In this document: one piece after another, positions 11,498 to 24,981 of the stretch
Position numbering within the stretch: position 1 is the stretch's first letter
Layout: the number at the start of each line of letters is the position of its first letter
Source of the DNA: Octopus vulgaris
Lineage: Eukaryota
NCBI GenBank assembly: GCA_951406725.2
Contig: OX597816.1
Location: 81,654,001 to 81,718,000, forward strand
Direction of reading: 5' to 3'
DNA length: 64,000 nt
Notes under the pieces: model-generated
Database searches by the model: none
The model's input: only the letters and a program-made list of their open reading frames with translations
What the model was told of the DNA's origin: nothing
Made by a program: the position numbers and the translations under genes

Positions 11498-13899
11498 ATG
11501 TTCTCATATATACTTCATATAGTCTATCTCAAACACAGTGAAAGCTGACTGACTATATTCTTAGGCCAATTAGGATTTCTAATGCAGACACAAGGTCACA
11601 CTCTTGTGGAAGGAATATTGTAGTCATAGTGACTTAAGCACTTATTTTATTGGCCGTTGATGGAGGAAGAGCAAAGTTGACTTCAGCAGTATTTGGACTT
11701 AGAAAGTGAAGCAATTGTCTTCTGTAAAAGTGAAGACCGCATATATTTCGTGGTGTGGTGGCAATGCAAACTTTTGTCTGTGCTTTTACTTGACATGTAA
11801 TTGAGTTAATTCTCAACCAATCAGCTATTACTACAGTACAATATCAATAGGTATACCTTATTCCTGGCAGTTCTGTGAAGTGCTGACACAACCCTGTCAG
11901 TGACAGTCCAGTCTGATAACCAGCCACTCTGATTACAGGTATTACTGAATATCGAGCAAGGATCATCCTACAGTTGATGCTTCCCAAAAATCAAAGTTCA
12001 TTTTACACATGTTGTCATCAACAGAACAAGCTTAGTTATAAAACAGGACTCATTCTACATGTAATGAATGCCTTCCTCAACAGTATCAGGCTCATTCTAT
12101 CAACACTGTCATCAACAGAACAATATTTATTTTACAACCCATGCCAGCATGGACAACGGATGCTAAATGATGATGACAATGATGATGAAACACTGTTGGC
12201 AGAACAGACCATTCTGCATGTATTGCTTCATAGTGAATATAAATTCAACACTTTCCAGGTAGCTTTCACATTAATTCACACCTGTTCACATGCAGATCCC
12301 TTTGCATGTGCTTACATACAAACACATACATGTATGCACACTCACATTCCTAGAATAAGCAAATAGACCCTGCATTGGGTTTGATGGCAAGTTTTCTAGT
12401 TGTTTGATCAACTGAATAAATTACTCATTTATTTATTGTATAAGTAGTTGAGTATTCCTCAGCTGCATATACACTTAATATAATTTTCAGGTAGAATCAA
12501 TGTGACACAGTGTGTAATTAAGTTGATCTTTGAATTAAGATACAGTCCCACTGACAATCTTCAACAGTTGGCATCTACTCTGTTTCATTCATATGGCTTG
12601 GATCAATCTAAGATTTTATGGTAAAAGACACTTGCCTAAGCTTGAATGCAATGGGATTAATCCTGAGATCTCATAATTAAGAAGCAATCACTGGTACCCC
12701 AGCGTGGTCACATTCTTTGGCCTGAAATATATGAAAGAATACCCTTATATACACATGTTTACAGACTCACTTCTATGCACACCTGTACACATATACACAC
12801 ATAAGTTCACATCTCTGCAAACTCAGTTATATAGACAGACACATCCATATTATATTTGATCAAGCTCCTAGTAGTAGAATGTTGTGTACACTAATCAAGA
12901 ATGTTGCACCATACTTTAAGTTAGCTTGATCTTACCAGAACCAACATTTCACAACACCACATTATTTTCTCAGTTGTACTTACCACTGTCAACTACTAGT
13001 GGCAAGTAAATTTGTTTCAGTTTATTTTCATTCCATCACTTGTATATTGGTTTGATCTAAATTGTCTACAAATGTAATAGGATAGAACTACTTATTCTGT
13101 CATCTACCACTCCTTTTCTCAGGCCAAATGACCATGGCATATAAGACTTGTGTGATCTTTTTCAATGTTTGATAGCATTAAATGTCAGGGAAGCTGTAAA
13201 ATAGTTGCATATTTGATGGGAACTGTTAAAAAAAGATGTCTATGGTCAGTCATCTCATTGCATATTTAATAACTGTTGGGTTGTTCTGTAGTTTTCTTGT
13301 ATAAACTAAACTGAGCTCTCATATCCTCATTTGAAATTCAAATAGTACTATGTAGAATGTGTTTGTTGATATTTTCATGTGAAATTGTTTGACCAAATAT
13401 TTTTATGGCTAGATGTTCTTTCTCACACCAACCATTGAGCCATGATGTGTTAAATTATATGTTGATTCAAATCCTGCCATGGTCAACTGTATGTTTTACC
13501 ACCATCCTTCCAGCAAAGGCCATTTTGTATGGTTGTTCAGCTTGCTAGAAAAAGCAGATAAATTTCACTCAATCACAACATAGTGTCATCAGGAAATAGA
13601 GGAAGTACGTATTGAATAATGTATTCACCTTCCTAACTCTCTTTTATCATATAGATGGTGCCAGGAACTATTTCATTTTTAACCAATTTTCTCCAACAAA
13701 TATATAATTTTGAGTATTTTGTAGTTCTTTAATCACTAACACTTTATCAGATACAGTGATATTATCTTTTACTGATGAGCCTTTAATTAAAGTAAAATGT
13801 GTAGAATTGTTTGTCTTCAGTGCACGTTGGCCATCACAGCTAAAGTCATGTGGGAAAAAAATTCATTACCACCTAAAATATTGTTAGTCACCAATTAAT

Positions 13900-15570
13900 A
13901 TTAAATAACTGAGCACAAATGATCTTGTCAGTAAAATCAGTACTTGCAACCACTCCAACGACCTCACAGGTTGTGTAGTGGGTAGTATGGATGTGATTTC
14001 ACTCTACCCATCTGTAGATATAGATTTTGTTGTGGAGAAATGCATTGAAATAATCTGTGAGAGTGAAGTAGAGTTCTGTGAAGTCAACACAAAGGAACTG
14101 GGCTTCTTCCTTAGACTAAGCTACAACAGTGACTGTTTAGACAGCCATGACCTCAGTAGATTCTGCCCCACCAGGTCACAGTGAAGAAGACCATCCACCA
14201 TCATCTCAGCAGTGAAGGAAAGCACCACAGAGCACTGGAGTTGCTGGACCGTACCCACCCAAGACTCTGAGAACAACAATCAGGTGAAAGGAATGATTGC
14301 ACAAGCAATAGGGGCTGGTGTAAGAACCACCTTCAAGAACCACATAGTAAAGTTTAACAAGAAACTATGTGTAGATTCAAGTGCAGCCATTGGTATCAGT
14401 GTAGCTGGAGATGTGGCCAGCCTCATCATGACCTGGTGGGACAGAAAACTTAAGCAATCCTTAGCAGAACAGTCCACAACTCTTCAATTTTACAATAGGT
14501 ATGTAGATGACATTAATATCCTACTTAAGACCAACTCTAGTAATGGTAATGTAGAAACTTAGAGAAACATAATGGAGAGCTTCCAGCAAGTGGCTAACTA
14601 CATCCACCAAAGTATCAAGGTAACTATAGATTACCCCACTAGGCACCCCAACAATAGACTCCCCGTCCTTAATACTGAAGTTTGGTTAGAACAACTGAGT
14701 GCAGTTCCTCTACTTCTATTACATGAAACCCATAGCTTCGAAATATGTTGTTCACAAGAACTCTGCTTTGTCACACAACTTGAAAATTAACATACTGATA
14801 GCAGACTTAGTTAGGATAATGCACAATGTGTCCCCACTATGCAAACCCTATAAAACAAAGAAACATGTACAGAACTTCATGCACTGCATGCAATTCGCTG
14901 GATATGATCACAAAGATAGGGTTCGAGTATACAGGGTAGCTAGAAAGAAGTTAGATAACATTATATGTAATGAAACCAGTGGTACCTACCCTAAGCAAAG
15001 ACTGGAATAGGATACAAAGAGCTTGTGACAAAGCAGACAGATTGAACACATGGTATAAAACCGACAAATATCAAGGAGTTATATTTGTAGAGGCCACAGC
15101 CCATGGAGAACTAGCTGTAGATTTAAGAAAGCTCTGAAGAAGACCAAACTCAACATTAAGATTGTTGAAAAGCCAGGGAACTCCATCAGATCACAACTAT
15201 GTAGGACGTACCCCTTTGAGAATACCATATGCACCAATTATAACTGCATGGTATGTAGGATTAGCCTTGGCATTAACTGTAGAAGTAGAAATGTAGTCTA
15301 CAGCTTGGTGCTTGCAAAGTCATGCACATGACATACATAGGGGAGACATCTAGGAGCATTGTGTAAAGACGAAATGAACATTTGAGAAAATATGACAACA
15401 AAAAACAGTCCTCCATACTCTACCAACATGCCAAAGACCAACATTGAAGCAAACTGGGTCAACTTGACATCTGCATTTTATCCAAGCACCCAAAGGACCC
15501 AACCCTCAGACAAATACAGGAGTACGTCCTCATAAATGAAACATCCCCAGTACTAAATAGGAAATATGCA
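13900..15570 (+). mobile_element. Degenerate Penelope-like retroelement (RT + GIY-YIG endonuclease)
   Basis: RT motifs GSMDVISLYPS, AIG...AGDVASLIM, YNRYVDDI, LPVL and YYMKP...KNSA; then Cys-rich CTNYNCMVC...C and GIY-YIG halves NVVYSL / TYIGETSRS...R.NEH (about 15290-15385), ending RQIQE...LN; several frameshifts and stops. Confidence 0.9.
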
Positions 15571-15639
15571 TAGTAGGTAATCATACCCCCATACCCACAG
15601 TTTATATTTATATACAGGTAGAATAGTTAGTGGGCTATT

Positions 15640-16125
15640 ATGTAGATGTATGTGTGTATATATGTATATGCACATGTATGTAGGCAAATGGATATGAAAG
15701 TAAACAGATAGACATATAGACGGATAGTTACATAAGTAATATGAACAGACAAGCACACACACACATATGCAAATGAAGACTGAAACACATGACCATATAC
15801 ACACATACTTCACTTCACACAAGGACACATATGGAGACTCACATCCACACATATAGAGATACACATCTATACATAGAGACACTGTACATTGTCACAAAAA
15901 CCCATACTCACAGATGCACACACAAGGAGACAGGACACACACTCACACATGCAAACACACACATGAATATGCAGATACATACAGGCATACATACATACAC
16001 AAATACATGAATATGCAGAATACACACACATACATGTATACATACACAGTTGCATGCATACGTACGTACATACATACATACATACATACATACATACATA
16101 CATACATACATGTGTATGCACACAA
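15640..16125. repeat. Degenerate (CA)/(CATA)n microsatellite region
   Basis: Direct reading; near-pure (CATA)n at about 16068-16110; source of several spurious ORFs. Confidence 0.9.
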
Positions 16126-16422
16126 ACAAACAAAAAAACGCAGCTTGGATAATGGACAGTCAACAACTATTGAAAAGGTTGCAAGACACAACGAAAATTT
16201 TAGAAAAATAAATAAGTAAATGAGTGGAAATTTTACCGGTGTGTGTGTGTTAATTCATAAGGCACTAAAAAAGAATGACTCTCCCTAGACAAATTAAAAT
16301 TTAATATTTTTCATTAAAACTGTTCCAAGTTAACCTGATAATTAGTTATTGCTAGACACAAGTGCATTGCTTTAAAAGTCTTTTTAAAGCTTTCTGGTTA
16401 AGAAATTTGCTTCTCCACTTAG

Positions 16423-18446
16423 GAGATCCAAGTGTCATACAGCGCCCCCATTTTATATTTTTTGGAGTGAAATTTGGTAGATAAGTTGGTCATGTTTTGT
16501 GTGTGTATTAGTGTAAAATGGTGTTTCGAGTTACGTCCCTTCGCATCCAACCGAAAATGCATGCCTTAGAAAAGTAGAAATTTTTTACTTTTAATATAGA
16601 AAGAGTTATTCCCCATACATCATCTTTTAACATGTTTTTTAATAAACTTTTGCTAAAATCTGCTTGCTATATTCAGTATTTTTTATACATGTATTGAAAT
16701 TAAGTAAGTCTTTGCAAAAAGTAGTGATTTATGGGAAAAATCGATTGAATATTTTTGCTAGATTTAGCATTTAGTCCTCGTTCTCCTCGTAGAATCTTCC
16801 TTTTCCTCCACTTCAAACATGATGGTTCTATAAGCTATGATTTCACTAAGAAAACTTCCTCAGTTTCTGTCCAGTCTGTATTGTATTCCACTTTCTCCTT
16901 CTTACACTCTCTTCACTAAACTTTTCACACTCTCTCTCCCCCCCTCTCAATCTTTGGAAACATTGCAGTGTGTCCCACTCCCACAAAGCGTTACTCCACT
17001 GAATCTATAATCTAGCTTCTTTTTTCAACATCTCAAACGTGATGAAGACACCCATTAGCAGGTGGCCTTCTCCAACACCTTGAATCTCTTTTATGAAGCC
17101 ATCATCATCATCATTTAGTGTCTGCTTTCCATGCTAGCATGGGTTTGACGGTTCAACTGGGGTCTGGGAAGCCAGAAGGCTGCACCAGGCCCAGTCTGAT
17201 CTGGCAATGTTTCTATGGCTGGATGCCCTTCTTAACGCCAACCACTCCGTGAGTGTAGTGAGTGCTTTTTACGTGCCAGACAGGGCTGGCAAACGGCCAC
17301 GTTCAAATGGTGCTTTTTACATGCCACCGGCACGGGGGCCAGGCGAGGCTAGCAACGGCCACGATCGGATGGTGCTTTTTACATGCCACCAGCACAGAGG
17401 CCTGTCGGGGTGGCGCTGGCAATGGCCACATTCGGATGGTTCGCTTACGTGCCATTATCTATAGGAAACCTACTCTTCTGATTTGCTCACAAGTGGGTTT
17501 CTACCCTCAAGAAATTTGGTGCAAAGTGTTATTGCCTTTGAAATCAGCACATCTATTGAGTATGTCTGGTATGTAAATCCCCAAGTAAAACTGGCTGTAT
17601 TGGATTACTGGCTTTGTGTTGGATTGCAGCATGAGCCAATGGATCTCTTTTTAACCCACATTATATCAGCTATGTTCTGCCACAAGATTTCAAGTCGTCT
17701 CCATGTTTTGTACACATCAGTGACCTGCTTGTTGGTACCTTCAACAATGCCTACTTCTAAGATTTGTTGCGCCTTAACCTTTTGCACACAAGTGTCATTC
17801 TCCTGCAACCTAAATAGATATTTCATACTGAAACTATTCTGGCTCCACAAACAAAGTCTAGAAAAACATTCTCTTATAGAATGATATCAATCTCGTCTTT
17901 TTCAACAATACAAAGGCACAAATATCTTGGGAATGTTGTTGCTATTTACGTGTCTTACACCATGCAAAGAAAAGCCACTTAACTGATTGGTAGATACTGA
18001 GTCATTCACCAATAAACTCCAACTGACTCATCTCATTCCTTTCATCATCTATATTGTGTCCACTCCTTCAGGCCACACTAACCATTACACCTAGTTCAGC
18101 TTCTCCAGAACTTTGACTCTTTGGAATCCCTTATCTACATATGCTTTTCAACTGTTAGTGTGTTGCATAATTTTTTAGTTGAATTTTATACCTTATTTCA
18201 TCATTTCAAATGAGATTAAATGATGGTGATGATATATAACATGATATATTGTAGAAGAGTAATGTTAACCATTTTGAAAATACACAAAAACTGTTACATT
18301 CAGTTTCCTTAATTTCTGAATGATATCTTATGAAGTGTCGGAAATTTTCATCAAACTTACAACTTGGAACTTGGTTACACACTCAATCCCACAGCAGTTA
18401 TGTTTTAGTGATCAAGTCATAGAAGTGTGGCACTTTTTGACATCTC
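16423..18446. mobile_element. Putative decayed DNA transposon with imperfect GAG...CTC termini, interrupted by a retroelement tail
   Basis: Left end gagatccaagtgtcatac resembles the reverse complement of the right end (gagatgtcaaaaagtgccacac); interior is unlike the surrounding intron; no clean TSD. Confidence 0.3.
17101..17455 (-). mobile_element. Relatively young RTE-type tail element with internal minisatellite
   Basis: atcatcatcatc...gctttccatgctagcatggg; CpGs retained; repeated ggtgctttttacatgccacc units. Confidence 0.8.
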
Positions 18447-18682
18447 ACAGGATATGAGTAGAATCCATTCTACTCATCTATAATTTTGTGTGTGTATGTC
18501 TGTACAACTATGTGTTTATGTATTTGGATGTAGATGAATGGAAAGGAAAAAAAGAATTACATTTTTTTGTGATAGTATACACATTTACAAGGTCGCTTAA
18601 TTTGGAGTAAGGGCTTTTGTAATCTGATATTCTATCTATTACTGAATTCTAATTTTTGTAGTGGGAGCAATAGCTATTTTTC

Positions 18683-18876
18683 CAGCCGGTCGAAATGCTT
18701 AGCAGTATTTCGTCTGCCATTACGTTCTGAGTTCAAATTCTGCTGAGGTTGACTTTGCCTTTCATCCTTTTGGGGTCGATAAATAAAGTACCAGTTACTC
18801 ACTGGGGTCGATATAATCGACTTAATCCCTTTGTCTGTCCCCTCTATGTTTAGCCCCTCGTGGGTAGTAAAGAAAT
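18683..18876 (+). mobile_element. tRNA-derived SINE with gcctttcatcc...ggtcgataaa...agtacc core
   Basis: B-box-like gagttcaaattc followed by the conserved core; other copies near 24780, 25160, 25420, 30040 (+) and 25940, 32540, 44980, 51840, 56165 (-). Confidence 0.8.
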
Positions 18877-19287
18877 ATATTTTTCCAAAACTGGGAATAC
18901 TAAAGTAAATGATTACTTTTGAATGTCAAAATGATTGGTAGCACATGTTCTTCATTGTTTGCAAAATCCTCATAGAAATTGGTATAACCATGTGATTTCT
19001 TTCTATATATTTTCTGTTATGTGCTTGAACTTTATCATAACAAAATCTCCAAAAAGAGGTAAAAGAACCATTACAGGTTCTGCAAGTTGTCTTGGATTTG
19101 GAGGATTGATTTTCACTTCCCCTTCATCAGCTGAACTTTGTTTTTAATTGTGTGTATGTATGAGCACAACACACTATTGATATATTTAGCATATGGCTGT
19201 CATATTTCTAATCTTATATGTATATCTTGAAAATTTTATTTATCAAAACAATCATCATTAACTAATTGTCTTTTTCATCTTTTGTAG

Positions 19288-19327
19288 GTAAGTATTTTTA
19301 CAAGTAATATTTCCTACAACTACTCAG
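19288..19327 (+). other. Candidate 40-nt exon whose first bases are a perfect 5' splice site (recursive-splice-like)
   Basis: ctaat branch-like motif, tctttttcatcttttgtag|GTAAGT, second donor CAG|GTAAGA 40 nt later; open as VSIFTSNISYNYS + 1 nt. Confidence 0.5.
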
Positions 19328-21290
19328 GTAAGATACATATTGTATATCTTAATATAATGATTAAATTGATCTTCAGGAAATTGTTTATTTATCTTCTTTA
19401 TTTAAGTTAATAAAATATTTTAATGATTGATTTTATACTTCAAAGGTAAAATTGAAATTTTGTGTGTGTCTATGTGTGTAGGTTAATGCATACATGCATA
19501 CATTTTGAAAATTCAACAAGTAAATTATAAAAGTGTTAATTTCTGTGATGTAACTTTATCTGTTATAATCAGATCTTTTTTTATTGGGGAAATTTAAAGA
19601 ATAGTCAAAGATTTATATATTGATTTTATAAACAAATTGATATTGAATGAAATATTTTAATATAACAATATTTATTTCAGTAAATATACTGTCAGTAAAT
19701 CAACATACTCTTGGGAAAGAAAGGTGTTACATTGAAGATACATAAAAAGAAAGTGGTGTTCGATCTATGTTCAGTAAAATTATAAGAGAAAATACAGTAA
19801 CTAGAAAAAGAAATCACAAAAATATGCATAATCTTTTACTGGTTCCAGTCAGTGATCTGTAGCCATTCTATGGTATTATTATATGGTACAATTTTAATTA
19901 TCCTCTCAATTCTTAACTTTAAAAAAATTGTCCTTTTTTTTTTCTGCAGCAGTTTCCTGTTGCAGACTTTGGAGTTCACTACTTTTAATTCAATCATTCA
20001 GATTTTAAATACTTTTTATTACTCAATTTATTTTTACTGTACTAATTATGAAATTTTTTAAATACCTCTTTCATTTTACAAACTTTTTTATTTGTAAAGA
20101 CTATCTAGCTATTATTTCTTTCTTTTGAATTATAAAATGTATTGGGCTCATTTAAGATACAGGCATACATACATACTTATAAGAATATATTCATGCATAT
20201 TAATGCACATATAATATAATGAACTTATTGTATACAATGCTCAGGTGCTCTACAATTCATCAGAAACAGTAACCAAAATTTTATGAACAGTACATAGAAT
20301 ATGCACATGAAATGAACAGTGATAAAGTCTTTAAAAAATATGTATATAACAATATCTACAAACCAATTAGACACATTTAACTCTTTACTTGGTGTATCCT
20401 CAAAATTTATGCTGTAACACTCTTTTCAGCTTGGTGTATAGATTTTTTTTTCCAGTTATAAACTATATTCTTTTAGCTGGTTACATGGTTTGGCAATGAT
20501 AGCATAGTTTTCAAATTAAGGAAGATCTCAAAAGCCTCCAATTTCCACTCTCTTACAATGCTGGGACATTTCATTCAGTTATCCAAAGAGATTTTAAATG
20601 GCTATTATCTGTTTTCATTAGTCTGTTTTCAAATTTCTTTTGTCTCAATGTGACATGAATAATGTTTCTGATGATGATGATTTTGTCAATGGTGATGGCT
20701 GTTGCTGTTGTTTTGGAAGTGATGGACATAGAGATTACTTCATACAATAAAAACCTTAGTAAATATTTCTTTCATTAGTATTCAAAATAATCAAGAAAAA
20801 TCGTAATTCTTTCCATTTAAAACTGCTGGCATCACTCATGAGTGTGTCTCCAGTAAAATCAGTTGAAAATATCTAGCTCCAAATATTTTTATGGTTCTAT
20901 CTGGCAGAAAGGGCTATGCCCATGTCCTTAGCAGGTCCGCCAAGTCTAATGTAATTGATTGTTTCTTTGATCTGTAACTAAAAGTTAATGATTTCAGAAA
21001 AACAAGGGCAGAGAAGGAATTCTTGACAATCAATGTTCTGTAAAGTAATAATTAAACATTGGGATTTGTGGAGGGGTAACATATGGCTGATGAAAGGAGG
21101 AGAGACAAGTGAGCCAGTTTGACTTGGATAGAGATGGTACAAGACCAGCCAGGTCAAAGAAATAGAAGCCACTGAAGTAATGAAGAGTTAGAGAGTGTTG
21201 ATGGGCAACTTCTTGCTAATCAGTTGGATGACCATACGAAGTTACATAGTTTAATGAAATGTTTACCATTGAATATTTTACAATACACAC

Positions 21291-21329
<39 letters not shown>

Positions 21330-21492
21330 AAATAAGAAAACAAAGAAAGACTTTAGCACATTTTTAATGCCCATTTACAATTATTTCTGTACCAATTCTG
21401 CTTTCAACATCAGTTCATACAAAAGTTCTGATTGTAAATTTGCATAATATTTACAGATTTAAACATTAGAGTGACACTTTCTCAGACCTAGG

Positions 21493-21532
21493 AAGTGCAC
21501 CACCTGTTCCCGGTGGAACAGGTGGTGCACTT
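21493..21532. repeat. Perfect 18-bp inverted repeat with 4-nt loop
   Basis: aagtgcaccacctgttcc-cggt-ggaacaggtggtgcactt. Confidence 0.95.
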
Positions 21533-22223
21533 GCACGCCCTAAAGTTTTGTTACACCCTCTCCTTACCTTTCTCAGGATTAGAAAATAGTGTTTAAAAAT
21601 TGATCTGTAAAAACTGCAGAAATCACCCTCTGGACAATGTCCTGCAAGAAGTTGGATCTATGGTTGCTCTGGACACTAATACATTGAACTTTGTTCACCA
21701 AAGCACCATCCTTCTAAAAGCACTATTGACAAGCCTTTGTAATGAGAATATCATCATGTTGCAAGCCTATGTCTGTTGCATCAAGCAAGAGAATATTCAG
21801 CACACTTTGCTGTTTTAAGAACTGACTTCGTACCACAATGACGCAGCACTGTCTGACATACTGTGCTGTAATGCATGTACATAAAAACTTGTGCAATGAA
21901 AACACTTTGGATATTCTCTTGGGAAACTTCATTGCCAAAATGAGCTTGTATAGAAAATTTTTTGGAATGATTTGATGCATTACTTTTCCATATATAATAA
22001 TAGAAAAAATTATTATACCTGTGTTTGTTTTGATATTAAGATTGAAAAAAAAATTGGCCTTGTTTGCACCCGCTGAATAAATTTTGTTCTCAGACCATCA
22101 TCAAAGATGCACTCTCACATTGTGCATCTGCTAGACTTTGTGCTTTGCTTATATCAGGAGGAAACAGAAAATAAATAATGATGAAAATGTAAAAAGATTG
22201 TGCATAGATGGACAAGACAAGTA

Positions 22224-22458
22224 CAGTAATCCCTCACCATATCACGGTTCACCTATTGCACACTCAGTACAGTGTGGTTCACCTATCATGCATTCAGTAC
22301 ATCGTAGATTTTTCCAGCTAATATGTGTAAATTTATATCACGGACTCCTCAGTATATCGCAGGTTTCTGCAGGCGATAGGTATTTATATTTTTTAGATTC
22401 TAATTATTTCTGTGGGAGGTTTTGGAACATAACACCCATGATAGTCAAGGCATTACTG
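22224..22458. mobile_element. Tc1/mariner-superfamily (pogo/Tigger-like) MITE
   Basis: TA|cagtaatccctcaccatatcacgg ... ccatgatagtcaaggcattactg|TA: imperfect ~24-bp TIRs starting CAGTA, TA target duplication, 235 bp. Confidence 0.8.
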
Positions 22459-22518
22459 TATGGTGAATTTGACAAAATAGACAAGTATGGTTAGAGGGTG
22501 AGGAAGTAGTAATATATA

Positions 22519-22930
22519 TCATCATTGTCAATATTCCATGCTGGTATAGGTTGAATGGTTTGACAGAAGCTGGCAAGGCCAGGAGCCACACAAGGTTCCA
22601 TTGTTTTGGCGTGGTTCTACAGCTGAATACCCTTCCACTTTAGAGTTCACTGGGTGCTTTTTATGTGGTACCAGTGCTTTTTAACAAGGCACCCGCTCCA
22701 GTGATTTTTACATGGCATCAGTACCAGTGCTTATGTGGCACCAGTACCAGTGCTTCTTATGTGGCACCAGTACCAGTGCTTTTTACATGGCACCAGTACC
22801 AGTGCTTTTTACATGGCACCAGTACTGAGAGTTGGAGAGTAATAGTATTGAGTGGATGGGGATTTGTGCCATTTGAGAGACTTAGGGTATAGAGGAGTCA
22901 GAGATAGGTGTCTTGCTGTAGAGTAGAGAG
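22519..22930 (-). mobile_element. RTE-type tail element with ~25-bp minisatellite (tggcaccagtaccagtgctttttaca)
   Basis: Tandem units at about 22665-22825; family tail at the left end. Confidence 0.75.
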
Positions 22931-24935
22931 AGAGACTTAGATTGTATGTAGTAACTAGTGATGTACTATTGTTGCTCTAGAAATACTTTTCTAAATGCCT
23001 TTGTAAATGCTTGCTGTACACAGATATTTAGAATACAGAACTAATTTGAGTTTTCATGTCACTGTACTTTAATATGGCGGCAGCATGAAAATATGTAACA
23101 GTAGTGGTTCTGTATAGAAAATAATAAGATTAGTGTCTACTTCTAGTAATGATAGCAACAGAAGTCTATTCAAAGCCCTCTCTGTGTATAATCATTTTAT
23201 CTGTTTCACATTTTCCACTTTATAGCTATAATAAACTGTTATTTAAATATATATCGAAAGTCGTGACAGACAGATTGTATCAGCAATTGGAAAATCAATG
23301 GAAACCTATTCCTCATTTCAATTGAAAGATTGGCTGAGATGCAACCAAAGCTAAATATATGACATATATTTTAAAGAATTGTGTACAAGTTTACATTATT
23401 ATATTACTTGACAGAAGAATCTATTTTAAAAGCCAGTATATTCCACTGGAGTTTCACCTGGTTGATGCTTAACTTGAGTTTCTGTGAGATAAATCCCTCT
23501 CTCCAGACAAGAAACTTGTCTTTCACAATTGCTCACATAATCTGGCACCTAACTTCCTTGGTGAATGGTGAAGCTTGCCCAAAGATATCAAGCATTAGAA
23601 GGTCTCCCTCTACATGATCATTCAGTACACTGGAAATAACAGTCCGTTCCTTCTTTAAAAGAATACCCACATTGAATAATGTAGTACTGATTATACTGTG
23701 AGAAAAAAAAAAAGAAAATGGGCTTGAATGCTTTTGATCAAAGTTTTGCTGGGTCAAGGCTGACTGATGACAGCAATGCTCTGTTTATTTACACACACAT
23801 ACATTGTTCTGTTACTTTTAGATTTGGCCATATGAGAGCATTGTCAGATTTTATTAGTGTTAAAAGGGTTGAAGTAGGAAAAGAAAACCTCTTCCTGAAT
23901 AAAACACCAATATTACTGCAGGTAAATTTACCAGAAATATCTAAGGCATGGCAAAATGAACCACTTAGAGGAATTCAGTTTTCTGTCTCCATAAAGTAAA
24001 ATATCCAGCAGAGAATCACCTATGAACTTGTTGTTCAATGCATTGTCTAGTTACCCCTTTATCCTTCACCTACTATCTCTCCATCCATGCACATATGTGT
24101 GCATACACCCCCATCTCTCTATCTCTTTCTTTCTCTCTCTACTGTTCCAAACATTGACAGGTGCTCACTTTCCCTCCTTAAATCTTAAATCGAAGAGATA
24201 TTCAAGTGCTTCTGATGTCTGCTGACTGTTTCATAAACAGATAATTCTAAATAAATTATTATTAGATTTAAAAGGAAAATGAAATTGCTGTTCTAATTAC
24301 TCGTTTTCTTTCTAAGTAGAGGGACATATATCTACATTTGACCAAAAACACACTTTTCTATTTTGTGCAATTGGTACTGTTCTTGGCAAGGAAAACAGTT
24401 CATCAGCCACTTACTGTAAAATTATCCTTTCTACCATTACTGTCATGGCTTTGTACCTAACATGCAAAAAGTGAATTTACATATTATCAGAAACAAAACC
24501 TACATAACTGATTTTCAGTATTCTAATTAGTTGGGTTATTTTTTACATGTATACATTTTGTTCAACATATAATAATAATGAAATTATTGTATACAGTGCT
24601 CAGGTGCACCACAACTTGTCAGAAAGTGCATATAAAGTACATGCAGTAATGTAAAAATGTCTGGAAAGCGAACAATGTATGAGTCAGATACGAGATATGA
24701 CAGATGCTACAAATTTAAATAAGTCAATGAACTTATTTTAATTTATTTATTGCATCATCATCATCATCATTATTATTCCAGCTCTTTATATTCTGAGTTC
24801 AAATGCTACCAAGGTTGACTTTATCTTTCATCCTTTCAAAATCAATAAATCAACTTCTTGCTGAACACTGAAGTCAATGTAATCAACTTCCACCCTATTT
24901 CAGAACTGCTGGCCTTGTGCCAAAAATTAGTAAGA

Positions 24936-24980
<45 letters not shown>

Positions 24981-24981
24981 G

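Noticed and set aside
15553-16219. Several ORFs on both strands
   Set aside because: Microsatellite-derived
23822-23921. 100-nt exon candidate (ttttag| ... CAG|GTAAAT) with MRALSDFISVK...
   Set aside because: Modest donor, phase-0 exit and no recognisable protein signal; cannot be separated from chance
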